From an uncultured Verrucomicrobiales bacterium (GTDB lineage Bacteria; Verrucomicrobiota; Verrucomicrobiia; Limisphaerales; UBA1100), in assembly GCA_913042895.1 (NCBI GenBank), contig CAJWMQ010000003.1, positions 1 to 50,918 on the forward strand: 50,918 bases of DNA, written 5' to 3'. Below are positions 19,080 through 28,283 of this stretch, in pieces; position 1 is the stretch's first letter, and each line of letters opens with the position of its first letter. Position numbers and translations under genes: made by a program. The notes beneath the pieces were generated by a model. That model did not search any database. It had not been told where the DNA came from and saw only the letters and a program-made list of their open reading frames with translations.

Positions 19080-20387
19080 TTATTTGAGCTGCAGTTCGCT
19101 GCGTTTGACGGTGAGTGAGTGGATGGGTTTGCCGTCGATGTTGATGACGGTGTACTTGAAGGTTGGGTCGTTCGCCTTGAGATTGAAGTCAACACGCCCG
19201 AAAGATTGCTTTTCGTTGTAGCCGAAGAGCGAGTGCTTGATCAGGCCGTGTACGTGCTGGTTGGTTAGGCGTGAGGACTGGCATTCGTACAGGGGATACA
19301 TGCCTTTGATATCAGTATCAATCTTGTAGGCGTCGGAACGATGACGGTCGGCGGAAAGTATGATGACACCGGGGATTTTCTGATCAGCGATGTACTGGAA
19401 AATCTTTTGGCGTTCAGCGGGAAAGCCATCCCAAGTATCCTTGGAGCCGGGTTTCACCTTCGGCGTCATGGGTACGTTGGTGCAGAGCACTTTGAAGGTG
19501 GCCGGCTGCTGGAGCGTTTGCTTGAGCCATTTCAACTGAGCTGGGCCAAGCATTGAGGGGTTCTCCTTACTGCGCGGCGATTCGCGATAGTAGCGGCCAT
19601 CGATCATCACGAAGTGGACGTCACCGATCCGAAAATCAAACCAGCAGCCGGGTTGTTTCTCGCCACCTCCGTAGTAGGGGTTGTCGTAATTCTCCTTGAA
19701 GATTTCCCAGACCTTGCGCTTCCACTTGGGCTTTTCGATATCGGGTCCACCCCAACCGTCGTTAGTTGTAAAGTCGTGGTCATCCCAGATGCCGTAGATC
19801 GGTACGGTTTTGGCAAGTTTCATCCACTCGGGTTGGCTCTGGCGGCGGTAGTAGTGGAACAGTTGCATTTCTGGTGTTTCAGGGTCGTCGATATAAACAT
19901 TATCGCCGAGCAACAGGACTGCGCGTGGGTCGAGGGCGCCGATGGTGTTCCACACGCGTTCGTTGGCAGGCACGTAGCCTGAGCCGCCGCCAAAGGCGAT
20001 GGTGAATTTATCCGTCGGCTCGTCCTTCTTCAAAGCCGTGTTGGGCAGTGCGCGCTCCCATGGCCAAGTTGTGGCATCGTACTTCCAAGCGTTAGGCTTA
20101 TCGTTGGCGATGTCCAGTAACAGCTGGGTATGTTTCGGGTTCACCTCAAAGGCAGAGGTCTCCTTCAGATAGGCGATAGCCTCCTTTTTATTCCCTTGCA
20201 GGATCAGCTTGAGTGCATGCGGATGGACCCGTTTTACCTGCCCGCGGTTGCCGGGCTTTTCATTATTCACCCGCGGCTTGTTCGCCTGACCTTCCTGAGC
20301 TTGGATCGGCGTGGCATTAAAGCCGATCGCCATGGCGCCGAGGCAGAGCCAGTTTTTCAATTTAGGATTCGTGAGGGAGTTTTTCAT
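19080..20387 (-). CDS. phoD: Alkaline phosphatase D (PhoD) family metallophosphoesterase
   Basis: LGDNVYID, WDDHDF, DGRYYR, MLGPAQLKWL, WDGF, SADRH motifs; start moved to the ATG at 20387, which gives a Sec-like signal. Confidence 0.85.
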   Translation of the reverse strand: MKNSLTNPKLKNWLCLGAMAIGFNATPIQAQEGQANKPRVNNEKPGNRGQVKRVHPHALKLILQGNKKEAIAYLKETSAFEVNPKHTQLLLDIANDKPNAWKYDATTWPWERALPNTALKKDEPTDKFTIAFGGGSGYVPANERVWNTIGALDPRAVLLLGDNVYIDDPETPEMQLFHYYRRQSQPEWMKLAKTVPIYGIWDDHDFTTNDGWGGPDIEKPKWKRKVWEIFKENYDNPYYGGGEKQPGCWFDFRIGDVHFVMIDGRYYRESPRSKENPSMLGPAQLKWLKQTLQQPATFKVLCTNVPMTPKVKPGSKDTWDGFPAERQKIFQYIADQKIPGVIILSADRHRSDAYKIDTDIKGMYPLYECQSSRLTNQHVHGLIKHSLFGYNEKQSFGRVDFNLKANDPTFKYTVINIDGKPIHSLTVKRSELQLK

Positions 20388-20410
20388 GATGTTTGAGATA
20401 TGAGAGTGGG

Positions 20411-21913
20411 TTAAGGGTTTTCGAAATTCTCCACCTGATACTGTTTGCGCAGGCGGTTGAGTTCTTCTTTCAGGGCGGCAATGGTGCGGGTGTATTGCGG
20501 GTCGCCGTAGCGGCTTTGCATCTCGTTGGGATCTTTTTTTAGGTCGAAAAATTCCCAAGCATCAAGGGTGTCGTCGGGAAAACGTATGAGTTTGTGCCGG
20601 CCATCGGTAACGCCGTAGTGCACGGGCACACCGTGTCCGCCGGCTTCGTAGTAGTGATAGTAATGAGTTTTGCGCCAGTTGGCCGGCGTTTTTCCGCGAA
20701 GCAACGGCGTGAGTGCAAGGCCCTGCATGTCGCCGGGTTGTCTGGCACCAGCGATGTCGAGGAAGGTCTGGGCGAAGTCGAGATTGGAAACGAGATCGGT
20801 ATTGGTGGTGTCGGGTTGGATTTGGCCCGGCCAGCGAACGATGAGCGGTGTGTGCAGGCTTTCTTCGTACATCCAGCGCTTGTCGAACCAGCCGTGCTCG
20901 CCGAGCCAGAAGCCTTGGTCGGAGCTATAGATAACCACGGTGTTATTGGCGAGCCCGTTGTCGTCGAGATACTCCAGCAGTCGGCCGACATTTTCATCCA
21001 CTGCCTTTACGCAACGGAGGTAGTTCTTGATGTAGCGTTGGTAATTCCAGCGCGTGCGAGCCTTACCCTGCAGATTGAGTTTCTCGAACGCATCATTGAG
21101 CGGACGGAAATGGCCGTCGAAAATCTTGAATTGTTCTGGGGTGAATTTACTGGAGTACTGGAACATTAAACGATGAGGGCCCATGTGATCGGCAATGCCC
21201 ATCTTATGCTGAGCCGGCGCTGTGGTTCGGCCGTCGTAATTGTCGAAGAGCGTCGGCGGTTCCGGGATTTCCATGTCCTCAAACACCTCCAGATGACGTA
21301 ACGCTGGTTCCCAACGCCCGTGCGGTGCCTTGTGTTGGGTCATGAGAAAAAATGGTTTATCCGCGTTGCGTGTCTCGAGCCATTTCAATGATTGATCCGT
21401 GATAATATCAGTTGTGTAACCGGTGTGCTTCACATTTTTTCCGTTGGTAAACAGTAACGGGTTGTAGTATTGCCCCTGACCTTTAAGAACCTCGAAATGA
21501 TCGAATCCAGTGGGTGTGGATTTAAGGTGCCATTTGCCGACGATGGCAGTTTGGTAACCGGCTTTTTTAAGAAGCTTAGATACGGTCTGTTGCGAACCAT
21601 CAAACATGTCCTTGTTGGTGAGCTGACCGTTCAGGTGCGAATATTTGCCGGTCAATACCACCGCACGCGACGGGGCGCAGATGGAATTACTCACCAGACA
21701 ATGCTTGAAGAGCATGCCCTCTCTGGCGATGCGATCCAGATGCGGTGTGGGTGCAATTTTCGCCAACGGCCCCTCATACGCGGAAATGGCGTTCAGCGCG
21801 TGATCATCCGTGAAGATGAACAAGATATTCGGGGGTTTTTCATTGGTGGCATGTGTCATGCCACTCATCAATATTAGAACAGTAACAAGCTTCTGGAGGG
21901 AGACAGATTTCAT
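20411..21913 (-). CDS. Secreted S1 sulfatase, N-acetylglucosamine-6-sulfatase/mucin-desulfating-like
   Basis: PNILFIFTDDH, NSICAPSR, GKWHL, GQGQYYNP, HKAPH, SDQGFWLGEHGWFDKRWMYEES. Confidence 0.92.
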   Translation of the reverse strand: MKSVSLQKLVTVLILMSGMTHATNEKPPNILFIFTDDHALNAISAYEGPLAKIAPTPHLDRIAREGMLFKHCLVSNSICAPSRAVVLTGKYSHLNGQLTNKDMFDGSQQTVSKLLKKAGYQTAIVGKWHLKSTPTGFDHFEVLKGQGQYYNPLLFTNGKNVKHTGYTTDIITDQSLKWLETRNADKPFFLMTQHKAPHGRWEPALRHLEVFEDMEIPEPPTLFDNYDGRTTAPAQHKMGIADHMGPHRLMFQYSSKFTPEQFKIFDGHFRPLNDAFEKLNLQGKARTRWNYQRYIKNYLRCVKAVDENVGRLLEYLDDNGLANNTVVIYSSDQGFWLGEHGWFDKRWMYEESLHTPLIVRWPGQIQPDTTNTDLVSNLDFAQTFLDIAGARQPGDMQGLALTPLLRGKTPANWRKTHYYHYYEAGGHGVPVHYGVTDGRHKLIRFPDDTLDAWEFFDLKKDPNEMQSRYGDPQYTRTIAALKEELNRLRKQYQVENFENP

Positions 21914-21916
21914 GTG

Positions 21917-23308
21917 TTATTTCGAAAGGGGTTGGGCGTTTTTTACAAAAGCGGCCGGCCGACTGTTTTTTGAGATATCGTTGGTGAATGTCTTAAGATG
22001 GTTTTGAAGACGACGCACAATGTCAGGGTTTGCCTTTAGCACATTTTGTTTTTCACCGATATCGGTTTCCAGATTGTATAGTTGGGTGGGTTTGCCCTTG
22101 TTAACGTGAAGCTTCCAATTGCCCGAGCGCACGGCGTTGAGGTTGGTTCGGCTGTGGTAGAAAAAGGCTTCATGCGGAGTGCTCGCCTTGCCGGTGAGTA
22201 CCGGCCAGACGTCTTTGCCGTCGATGACGCGGTCATTCGGGAGCTTGGCGCCGGCGAGTTTGGAGAAGGTCGGGAGTAGATCCATGGTAGTCATGAGTTC
22301 GGGATTGGTTTTACCGGCCGGGATTTTTCCAGGCCAACGGATCACTGTGGCTTCGCGCATACCACCTTCGAAGGTGCTGCCTTTGCGGCCTTTTAGCGGG
22401 CCGGCGCTACCAATAGCTGGACCATTATCGGAGGTGAAGATCACCATCGTGCTGTCGTCAAGGCCGTGCTTTTTGAGGGTATCTAGGATGCGTCCCACGG
22501 ACCAGTCGATCTCGTTAATGGCCTGACGAAAGAGACGGTCGCGGGTCTTGTAGTCGACCGTGCCATTCTCGAGTTTTAGTTTCTCAGTGATTTCCTTCGC
22601 CACACCTTTCATGAACGGTGGTGCCACATGGAGTGGCTTGTGTGGAATCGGGTGGGGGACGTAGAGAAAGAATGGCTCGTTCTTGTTTCGCTCAATAAAT
22701 GACACGGCATGTTCGGTGATGCGTTTGGTCAGGTAATCTGCGTTGGGATCCATTTCGGTGACCGTTTCGTTTTCGAGCAAGGCCAGAGGTGGGAATTGGA
22801 AGTGACTTTGCCGCGGGTGGAACGGATGAATGTCGTGGCTGTACGGGATGCCGAAGAACTCGTCGAACCCTTGGCGCGTTGGCAAGAACTCGGGCTGGTC
22901 CCCCAAGTGCCACTTGCCGTAGATGGCGGTTTTGTAACCGACGCTTTTGAGGACCTCGGCGATTGTGACTTCTTTGGGGTTGAGCCCCTTGGGATCACCT
23001 GACAAGAGGACACCGAACTTGGAGCCGGTGGCCATGTCGATGCGGGTCGGGTAACAGCCGGTCATCAAGGCCGCGCGCGAGGGCGTGCAGACCGGAGCCG
23101 CTACGTAAAAGCTGGTGAGCTTGGCTCCTTCCTTGGCCATCTGATCGATGCGTGGGGTGTGAACATGTTTACCGCCGAAGCAACTGAGATCACCATAGCC
23201 TTGGTCGTCCGTGAAGATCACCACGAAGTTGGGGCGGTTGGCTCGCTCCGCTTGTGCGTGTAGACCGATCCACAGCGTAGTCAGGATTGTAATTAAACGT
23301 AATGACAT
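21917..23308 (-). CDS. Secreted S1 arylsulfatase (ARSA/GALNS-like)
   Basis: RPNFVVIFTDDQGYGD, CTPSR, GKWHLG, GIPYSHD, KGSTFEGG. Confidence 0.92.
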   Translation of the reverse strand: MSLRLITILTTLWIGLHAQAERANRPNFVVIFTDDQGYGDLSCFGGKHVHTPRIDQMAKEGAKLTSFYVAAPVCTPSRAALMTGCYPTRIDMATGSKFGVLLSGDPKGLNPKEVTIAEVLKSVGYKTAIYGKWHLGDQPEFLPTRQGFDEFFGIPYSHDIHPFHPRQSHFQFPPLALLENETVTEMDPNADYLTKRITEHAVSFIERNKNEPFFLYVPHPIPHKPLHVAPPFMKGVAKEITEKLKLENGTVDYKTRDRLFRQAINEIDWSVGRILDTLKKHGLDDSTMVIFTSDNGPAIGSAGPLKGRKGSTFEGGMREATVIRWPGKIPAGKTNPELMTTMDLLPTFSKLAGAKLPNDRVIDGKDVWPVLTGKASTPHEAFFYHSRTNLNAVRSGNWKLHVNKGKPTQLYNLETDIGEKQNVLKANPDIVRRLQNHLKTFTNDISKNSRPAAFVKNAQPLSK

Positions 23309-23320
23309 AGCAGCACGCGG

Positions 23321-24811
23321 TTAGTTGAGTTCTAGCTTCAGGCTCTCAAGAATGGGCTTGGACTTATTGGCGGTGGAGTCGGTGATCTTCAGCTCGATCT
23401 GGAAGGCGAAGCCAGCGGGGAGCTTGGAGAGATCAAGCGCGGCGGGCGTGCGCTGGATTTGTTTGGAGAAGTTCTTGATGTAGTCGTAGGTCTCTTTGAC
23501 CTCGGTCCAGTCGGTCCACTGGTTAATCTTGCCGTCGTTGTCGATATCGACGCCGACACGGGCAGTAACGGTCTCGACCCACGGGCCGGGGCTGACGTAG
23601 TCGGTGCGCTGTTGGGTGGCAAGATAGAATTGTCCATTGGCGAAGGCGACGTCCGGATCGGGATGGCCATTACCAATTTTGTCACACCACTCGAACGGCT
23701 CATCGATGGAGGCTGAGGTGAACCAGCCGACGCTCATCTGGTGACCACCAGCGGGATCATAATCGCCGAACAAGTAATACTGGCCACCGATGCAGATGGC
23801 CGCCCAGTCGCCGTAGGCTTCCTGCTCGGGCTTGTGTATCTCGTATTTGGCTACGTTGGTCTTGAACCGCTTCGGATCCTCCTTGAGCCAGTGCGGATGG
23901 TTGTAGCTGGCGATTTTGCCGGTGGGCTTCGTGCGGTTGTCGACGGCGGGTTTTTTGAACTTAAAATTGTTCAGGCCGTTCGGGCTCACGGCGTGTCCGG
24001 CGAGAGGGGAATCCCACGATCGTTTACTGGCGTTGATCGGGCTCCAGTCTTCGATTATCACGTGCATGTTGCCTTTGAGATCGCGGATGAAACCAGCGTC
24101 TGAACCGTGTGACGGATCTTCCACGGCGATGCCCATGTTCTTGCCGGGCGCGCCGTCGAAGAGGTTGTCGTCCACATAAACGTGCGGGTCCTGATCATTC
24201 GGGAAATCGTAGTAGATGTACGCCTTACCATCGACCCACTCTGCGCTGGTGACCCAGCGGGAAAAGCCCTCGGTGACCGGCCCATGATGGACCCAGTTTT
24301 TCATGTCGCGGCTTTGCCAAGCGTGATATCCGCCTTTTCCGGGCTTTAGCCCGCCGGGTGCGTCGAATTGGTTGGGATAACGGGTCGTCAACAGTGGCAC
24401 GTCGAATCCCTCCAACTTGGCCTTCTTGGGTTCGAACACCGGTTGTTGTTTGCCGCGCCGACCACCATACCGGCCGAACATCCAATAGTTGTCCGGTCCC
24501 ACGGTGAGCAGTACCGGCGCATCGCTAAGGTTGGCTGGGCCAAGGTTTTCGATCGGGTTCCAGTTTTGCCACACGGCGGATTGAGTGAGGGTAAGCGCCT
24601 TGGCCTTTTGTTTGTGATCAAACTTTTGGAGGTGAGTGCGTATCTGTCCTGCCTGACCGGTGGGTGACACCGTGCCATCTTTGATGGCTACTCCTTTGGA
24701 ATAGGTCACGACCTTTTCCCATTCGGCTTGGGTGCGAATGGTCACTGATTCGCCAGCCCAAATGGATCCGGCCCAGAGTTGTAAAGAGAGAATGAGCGCG
24801 CAGTTTTTCAT
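23321..24811 (-). CDS. Secreted hypothetical protein; probable five-bladed beta-propeller, glycoside-hydrolase-like
   Basis: Signal peptide; blade-like repeats DAPVLL..YWMFG, WQSRDMKNW, GKAYIYYD, GSDAGFIRD, GQYYLFGD, HPDPDV..GQFYLATQ; fold is an inference. Confidence 0.6.
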   Translation of the reverse strand: MKNCALILSLQLWAGSIWAGESVTIRTQAEWEKVVTYSKGVAIKDGTVSPTGQAGQIRTHLQKFDHKQKAKALTLTQSAVWQNWNPIENLGPANLSDAPVLLTVGPDNYWMFGRYGGRRGKQQPVFEPKKAKLEGFDVPLLTTRYPNQFDAPGGLKPGKGGYHAWQSRDMKNWVHHGPVTEGFSRWVTSAEWVDGKAYIYYDFPNDQDPHVYVDDNLFDGAPGKNMGIAVEDPSHGSDAGFIRDLKGNMHVIIEDWSPINASKRSWDSPLAGHAVSPNGLNNFKFKKPAVDNRTKPTGKIASYNHPHWLKEDPKRFKTNVAKYEIHKPEQEAYGDWAAICIGGQYYLFGDYDPAGGHQMSVGWFTSASIDEPFEWCDKIGNGHPDPDVAFANGQFYLATQQRTDYVSPGPWVETVTARVGVDIDNDGKINQWTDWTEVKETYDYIKNFSKQIQRTPAALDLSKLPAGFAFQIELKITDSTANKSKPILESLKLELN

Positions 24812-24838
24812 TGGATCAACAGAGCATTAGACAAAACC
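24756..24838 (-). repeat. Copy 1 of an 83-bp diverged direct repeat (promoter-proximal leader plus signal-peptide coding sequence)
   Basis: Ungapped manual alignment to 26769..26851 gives 68/83 identical bases. Confidence 0.85.
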
Positions 24839-24851
24839 GGCTACGTGACAA
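24823..24851 (-). promoter_or_regulatory. Putative sigma70-like promoter of the 23321..24811 gene
   Basis: Minus strand TTGTCA-17nt-AATGCT, 11 nt before the ATG. Confidence 0.5.
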
Positions 24852-24880
24852 TCCGTTTCAGAGTTTGTTAAATTGTTAGC

Positions 24881-26824
24881 TTACCGATTTAGCGGCTTGA
24901 TTGAAATGATGTGAACCATGAGCATCGCCTTCCCGCCCTTAGCTTTTTTGACGCGGGCGAGGACGTTGACCTGTTTGCCAAGATTCGGGGTAATCTTTGT
25001 AGTAAGCGAATCAATGGGGTAGTAGAGCTCACCGTCTAAGCTGGTGAAGATGAGGTCTTTGCCGTTTGGATGCGAAAACGTGCCCGTGCCTCGGAAGCTT
25101 TTGTTGGCTGGGGCGCTGGGAGTCGGTTCGGTTTTGGGTTTCTTCCGATGAGCCTGTAATTCCGGCCAGGAAAGTTTGCCGTCGCTGTTGGCGTCCGCCA
25201 GCGGGAATTCCCTGAAATAATTAGCTTTCCATAATTCAGCGTTCGTAACGGTGGGCTCCGGCTTGGGTCGGGAAGGAATCATGGCGAGCAATTCTTTGCG
25301 GAAGGACTCCAGTTGGGGACGATGGGTTGAATTGTGGGCGATATTCTTCCACTCGTGGGGATCTTTGACAGTGTGGTACAGTTCCTCTTTACCATTGCTG
25401 TAGCGGATGTAGCGCCAGTCTTTTGCGCGCAGGCTGTAGCTCTGTTTAGCCGGGTCGTAATGGTTAGCCCATTTGTAGAGCGCGGTCAGGGCGGTGTCCG
25501 GTCCCGTCCACCGGCCGCTTGCCGGTTGGGTTAGCAACGGTTTCAGGCTGTGACCATCGAGGGGTCTGCCTTTCTCATTCTTCATGGTGTTCGAGGGTAG
25601 GTCACACAGATCGATAAGGGTGGGGTAGAGATCAATTAGGCTGACCGGCAGATCGGAAACTCCACCGGCTTTCGAAATCCCGGGCGCGCGCAGGATTAGC
25701 GGTACACGTGTGCTCTCCTGCCAGAGTGAGTTCTTGTAGAGATGATTTTTCTCGCCCATGCCCCAGCCGTGGTCGCTAGTGAAGATGACAATGGTGTTGT
25801 CTTTGAGTCGGGAATTGTCGAGTGCGTCGAGGACTTCGCCGACAAGGTCATCCACCGATGCCACACTTGCGAGATAGGCTTGGATGAACTTCTTCAAGGC
25901 CAGCTCGCCATGGCCGTCAAAGGACTTCAAGAGGCTTTGATACATCTTATCGCCTCGGTCACCGTCGGCGGGGTCCACGGTGTGCTTGTAGGTATCCTTC
26001 GTATCATCGGGCAGGATGTCTGGCAGTTCGATGGATTCGAGGGGGAACCGGTCGAAATATTTCTGCGGGACAATCAATGGCGTGTGTGGACGCACAAAAC
26101 CAACGCCCATGAAAAACGGTTTCGCCTGTGGGTCAGCGGCGATTTCTTTGAGGCGTTTCACCGCCCATTGGGCGTTGAGTTCGTCCCCTGTGGAATCACG
26201 GTCATCGTCGGATTCGTAGCGCATTTCACGTTGTTTACGCCAACCACCCGTGCGCCAGGTTAGTTTTTCTTCGGGTAGAAGTTTTCGCAAAGGACCGAAG
26301 GAACCATCGATGGCGCCGAAATCATCACGAAATGGGGCAGGCACGTCGGGATGCGGAAGGTTTTCCTTACCGCCGGCGAAGGCGAAGGGGCCGTAATCCG
26401 ACGGATGCCCAATCTCATTCCATTCCTTTTCGTCGCGATTGTGCATCACCTTGCCCGTGCCTAAGGCGTGGTAACCCTGCGCCCGAAAATGCGCCATCAT
26501 CATGCGGGAATTCTTCAACACCTCGTTTGCATCCCAATGTTCAAACCCGAACACTCCGGAGGTGTGTGGGTAAAGTCCACTCATCAGGCTGGCTCGCGAG
26601 GGATTGCAGATGGGTATGTTGCAGTGCGCTTGAGTGAAGGAAACGCCCGTCTTGGCCAAGCGCGCGATGTGGGGCGTCTTCGCCTGCGGATGTCCGCCAA
26701 AGCCTGTCACGTAATCATTCAAATCATCGCAAATGATGAAGAGTACATTTGGCTTTTCGGTTGTATCGGCCCAAATGGATCCAATCCAGAGGAGTGAAGA
26801 CAGAATGAGTGCGCAGTGTTTCAT
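24881..26824 (-). CDS. Secreted iduronate-2-sulfatase-like S1 sulfatase with C-terminal EF-hand-like loop and extra small domain
   Basis: KPNVLFIICDDL, CNPSR, RPHTPL, TSDHGW; tail with DANSDGKLSWPE; start moved to the ATG at 26824 (the track start at 27013 overlaps fucD). Confidence 0.88.
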   Translation of the reverse strand: MKHCALILSSLLWIGSIWADTTEKPNVLFIICDDLNDYVTGFGGHPQAKTPHIARLAKTGVSFTQAHCNIPICNPSRASLMSGLYPHTSGVFGFEHWDANEVLKNSRMMMAHFRAQGYHALGTGKVMHNRDEKEWNEIGHPSDYGPFAFAGGKENLPHPDVPAPFRDDFGAIDGSFGPLRKLLPEEKLTWRTGGWRKQREMRYESDDDRDSTGDELNAQWAVKRLKEIAADPQAKPFFMGVGFVRPHTPLIVPQKYFDRFPLESIELPDILPDDTKDTYKHTVDPADGDRGDKMYQSLLKSFDGHGELALKKFIQAYLASVASVDDLVGEVLDALDNSRLKDNTIVIFTSDHGWGMGEKNHLYKNSLWQESTRVPLILRAPGISKAGGVSDLPVSLIDLYPTLIDLCDLPSNTMKNEKGRPLDGHSLKPLLTQPASGRWTGPDTALTALYKWANHYDPAKQSYSLRAKDWRYIRYSNGKEELYHTVKDPHEWKNIAHNSTHRPQLESFRKELLAMIPSRPKPEPTVTNAELWKANYFREFPLADANSDGKLSWPELQAHRKKPKTEPTPSAPANKSFRGTGTFSHPNGKDLIFTSLDGELYYPIDSLTTKITPNLGKQVNVLARVKKAKGGKAMLMVHIISIKPLNR

Positions 26825-26851
26825 TGGATCGGCAGAGAATCGGTCAAAACC
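26769..26851 (-). repeat. Copy 2 of the 83-bp diverged direct repeat
   Basis: Matches 24756..24838; encodes MKHCALILSSLLWIGSIWA versus MKNCALILSLQLWAGSIWA. Confidence 0.85.
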
Positions 26852-26879
26852 TCCGCCGGCGCGAGCATAAGATGCGCGT

Positions 26880-28220
26880 TTAGTTCGCCTCGAACTGAAC
26901 ACCTTTTTTTTGGGTCGGCCGATCTTTCCATTGGACTCCCTCGGGGTAACGGTGTTGGGCGATGAATTCCGGGCGGAATTCCAGACCCCAGCCGGGAGCG
27001 GTGGGTGTGACATAGCAGCCCCCGCGGACCTCCACGGGATGCTCGACGGCGTCCTGCAGAAAATCGATGTACTCCACCAGTTGTGTGTCGGAATTGCCGG
27101 TCACGGCGATCTGATCCCACATGCCGTAATGTTGGATCATGTTGCAGAGGGCGATGCCACCGCCGTGCGGGCAGACGGGCACGCCGTATTTGGCGGCCAG
27201 AAGAATGATTGCCATTACGTCATTTACGCCGGCGACGCGGACGGCATCAATTTGGCAGTATCGAATCGCGCCACTCTTCAGCAATTGCTTGAAGATCACG
27301 GGCGACGCCGCCTGTTCGCCGCAGGCAAAATCAAAGGAGGCATCGGCGAAGGCCTCGGCCAATTCCACATAACCGAGTACATCGTCGCGGGCGATGGGTT
27401 CCTCGATCCACTTGAGGCCAAACGGCCGGTATTGCTCGATGTGTTGCTTGGCCTCGGCTAATCCCCAGAATTGGTTGGCATCAACCATCAGTTGCGAGTC
27501 CTGCCCGATGGAATCGCGCATGAAACGAATGCGCGCCACGTCTTGGGTAGAGTCCTGACCGACCTTGAGCTTAAATGCATCGAACCCTTCCGCCTGCAAT
27601 TTGCGGATCGTGGCGAGGATTTCTTCATTGCTCAGGCCTAGCCAGCCGGCGGTGCAGTAGGCCTTGGGGCCGCGCGTTGCCATGGCGGCTTCGCGTTGGG
27701 GCACCTCGGCGCGGCGCGCTTGCAGGAGGGTGATAGCTTCCTCGCGAGTGAGGGCATCGCCAAGGTTGCGCCAGTCGATGCAGTCGGCGACAAATTCCGG
27801 TTCCAAATCAACGAGCAATTTCCAAAGCGGTTGATTGAGGGATTTGGCCCAGAGATCCCACATGGCATTCAACACGGCGCCGGCGGCCATACGAAACACG
27901 CCGTCGTGCAGCCAGCGCAGTTGATGATGATCAATCAGGCGCTTGTACAGCTTGAACGGAGAATCGGTAAACTCATCCAGGGTGGTGCCGATCACTAATT
28001 GGCAGAGGTCGCGGATGCCGTGGCACATCCAGTCCGTGCCCGCGCCGATGGTAAACACCACTGACACGCCCCGCAGGCCGGCATTGGTTTCCAGATGCAA
28101 TACCGCCGATGAATAATCCGGTGCCACATGAAACGGATCGGAACCCAGCATCTGATCCGAAGTCGGCACGCGAAGATCGATGACTTCGGCGGCCGTAATA
28201 GCGATGGGTTGCTGGGGCAT
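26880..28220 (-). CDS. fucD: L-fuconate dehydratase (enolase superfamily, ENOSF1/rTS-like)
   Basis: DLRVPTS..GSD...PDYS, QLRWL..GV, PLWKLL, AGWLG, FKLKVG, DANQ, WIEEP, GEQ, CQID, VCPHGGG. Confidence 0.85.
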   Translation of the reverse strand: MPQQPIAITAAEVIDLRVPTSDQMLGSDPFHVAPDYSSAVLHLETNAGLRGVSVVFTIGAGTDWMCHGIRDLCQLVIGTTLDEFTDSPFKLYKRLIDHHQLRWLHDGVFRMAAGAVLNAMWDLWAKSLNQPLWKLLVDLEPEFVADCIDWRNLGDALTREEAITLLQARRAEVPQREAAMATRGPKAYCTAGWLGLSNEEILATIRKLQAEGFDAFKLKVGQDSTQDVARIRFMRDSIGQDSQLMVDANQFWGLAEAKQHIEQYRPFGLKWIEEPIARDDVLGYVELAEAFADASFDFACGEQAASPVIFKQLLKSGAIRYCQIDAVRVAGVNDVMAIILLAAKYGVPVCPHGGGIALCNMIQHYGMWDQIAVTGNSDTQLVEYIDFLQDAVEHPVEVRGGCYVTPTAPGWGLEFRPEFIAQHRYPEGVQWKDRPTQKKGVQFEAN

Positions 28221-28283
28221 GGTTTTGGTCAGAACACCCGGTCAAACGCGTTCCACCAACGGACAAGCGGTTTGGGTGAGCGA

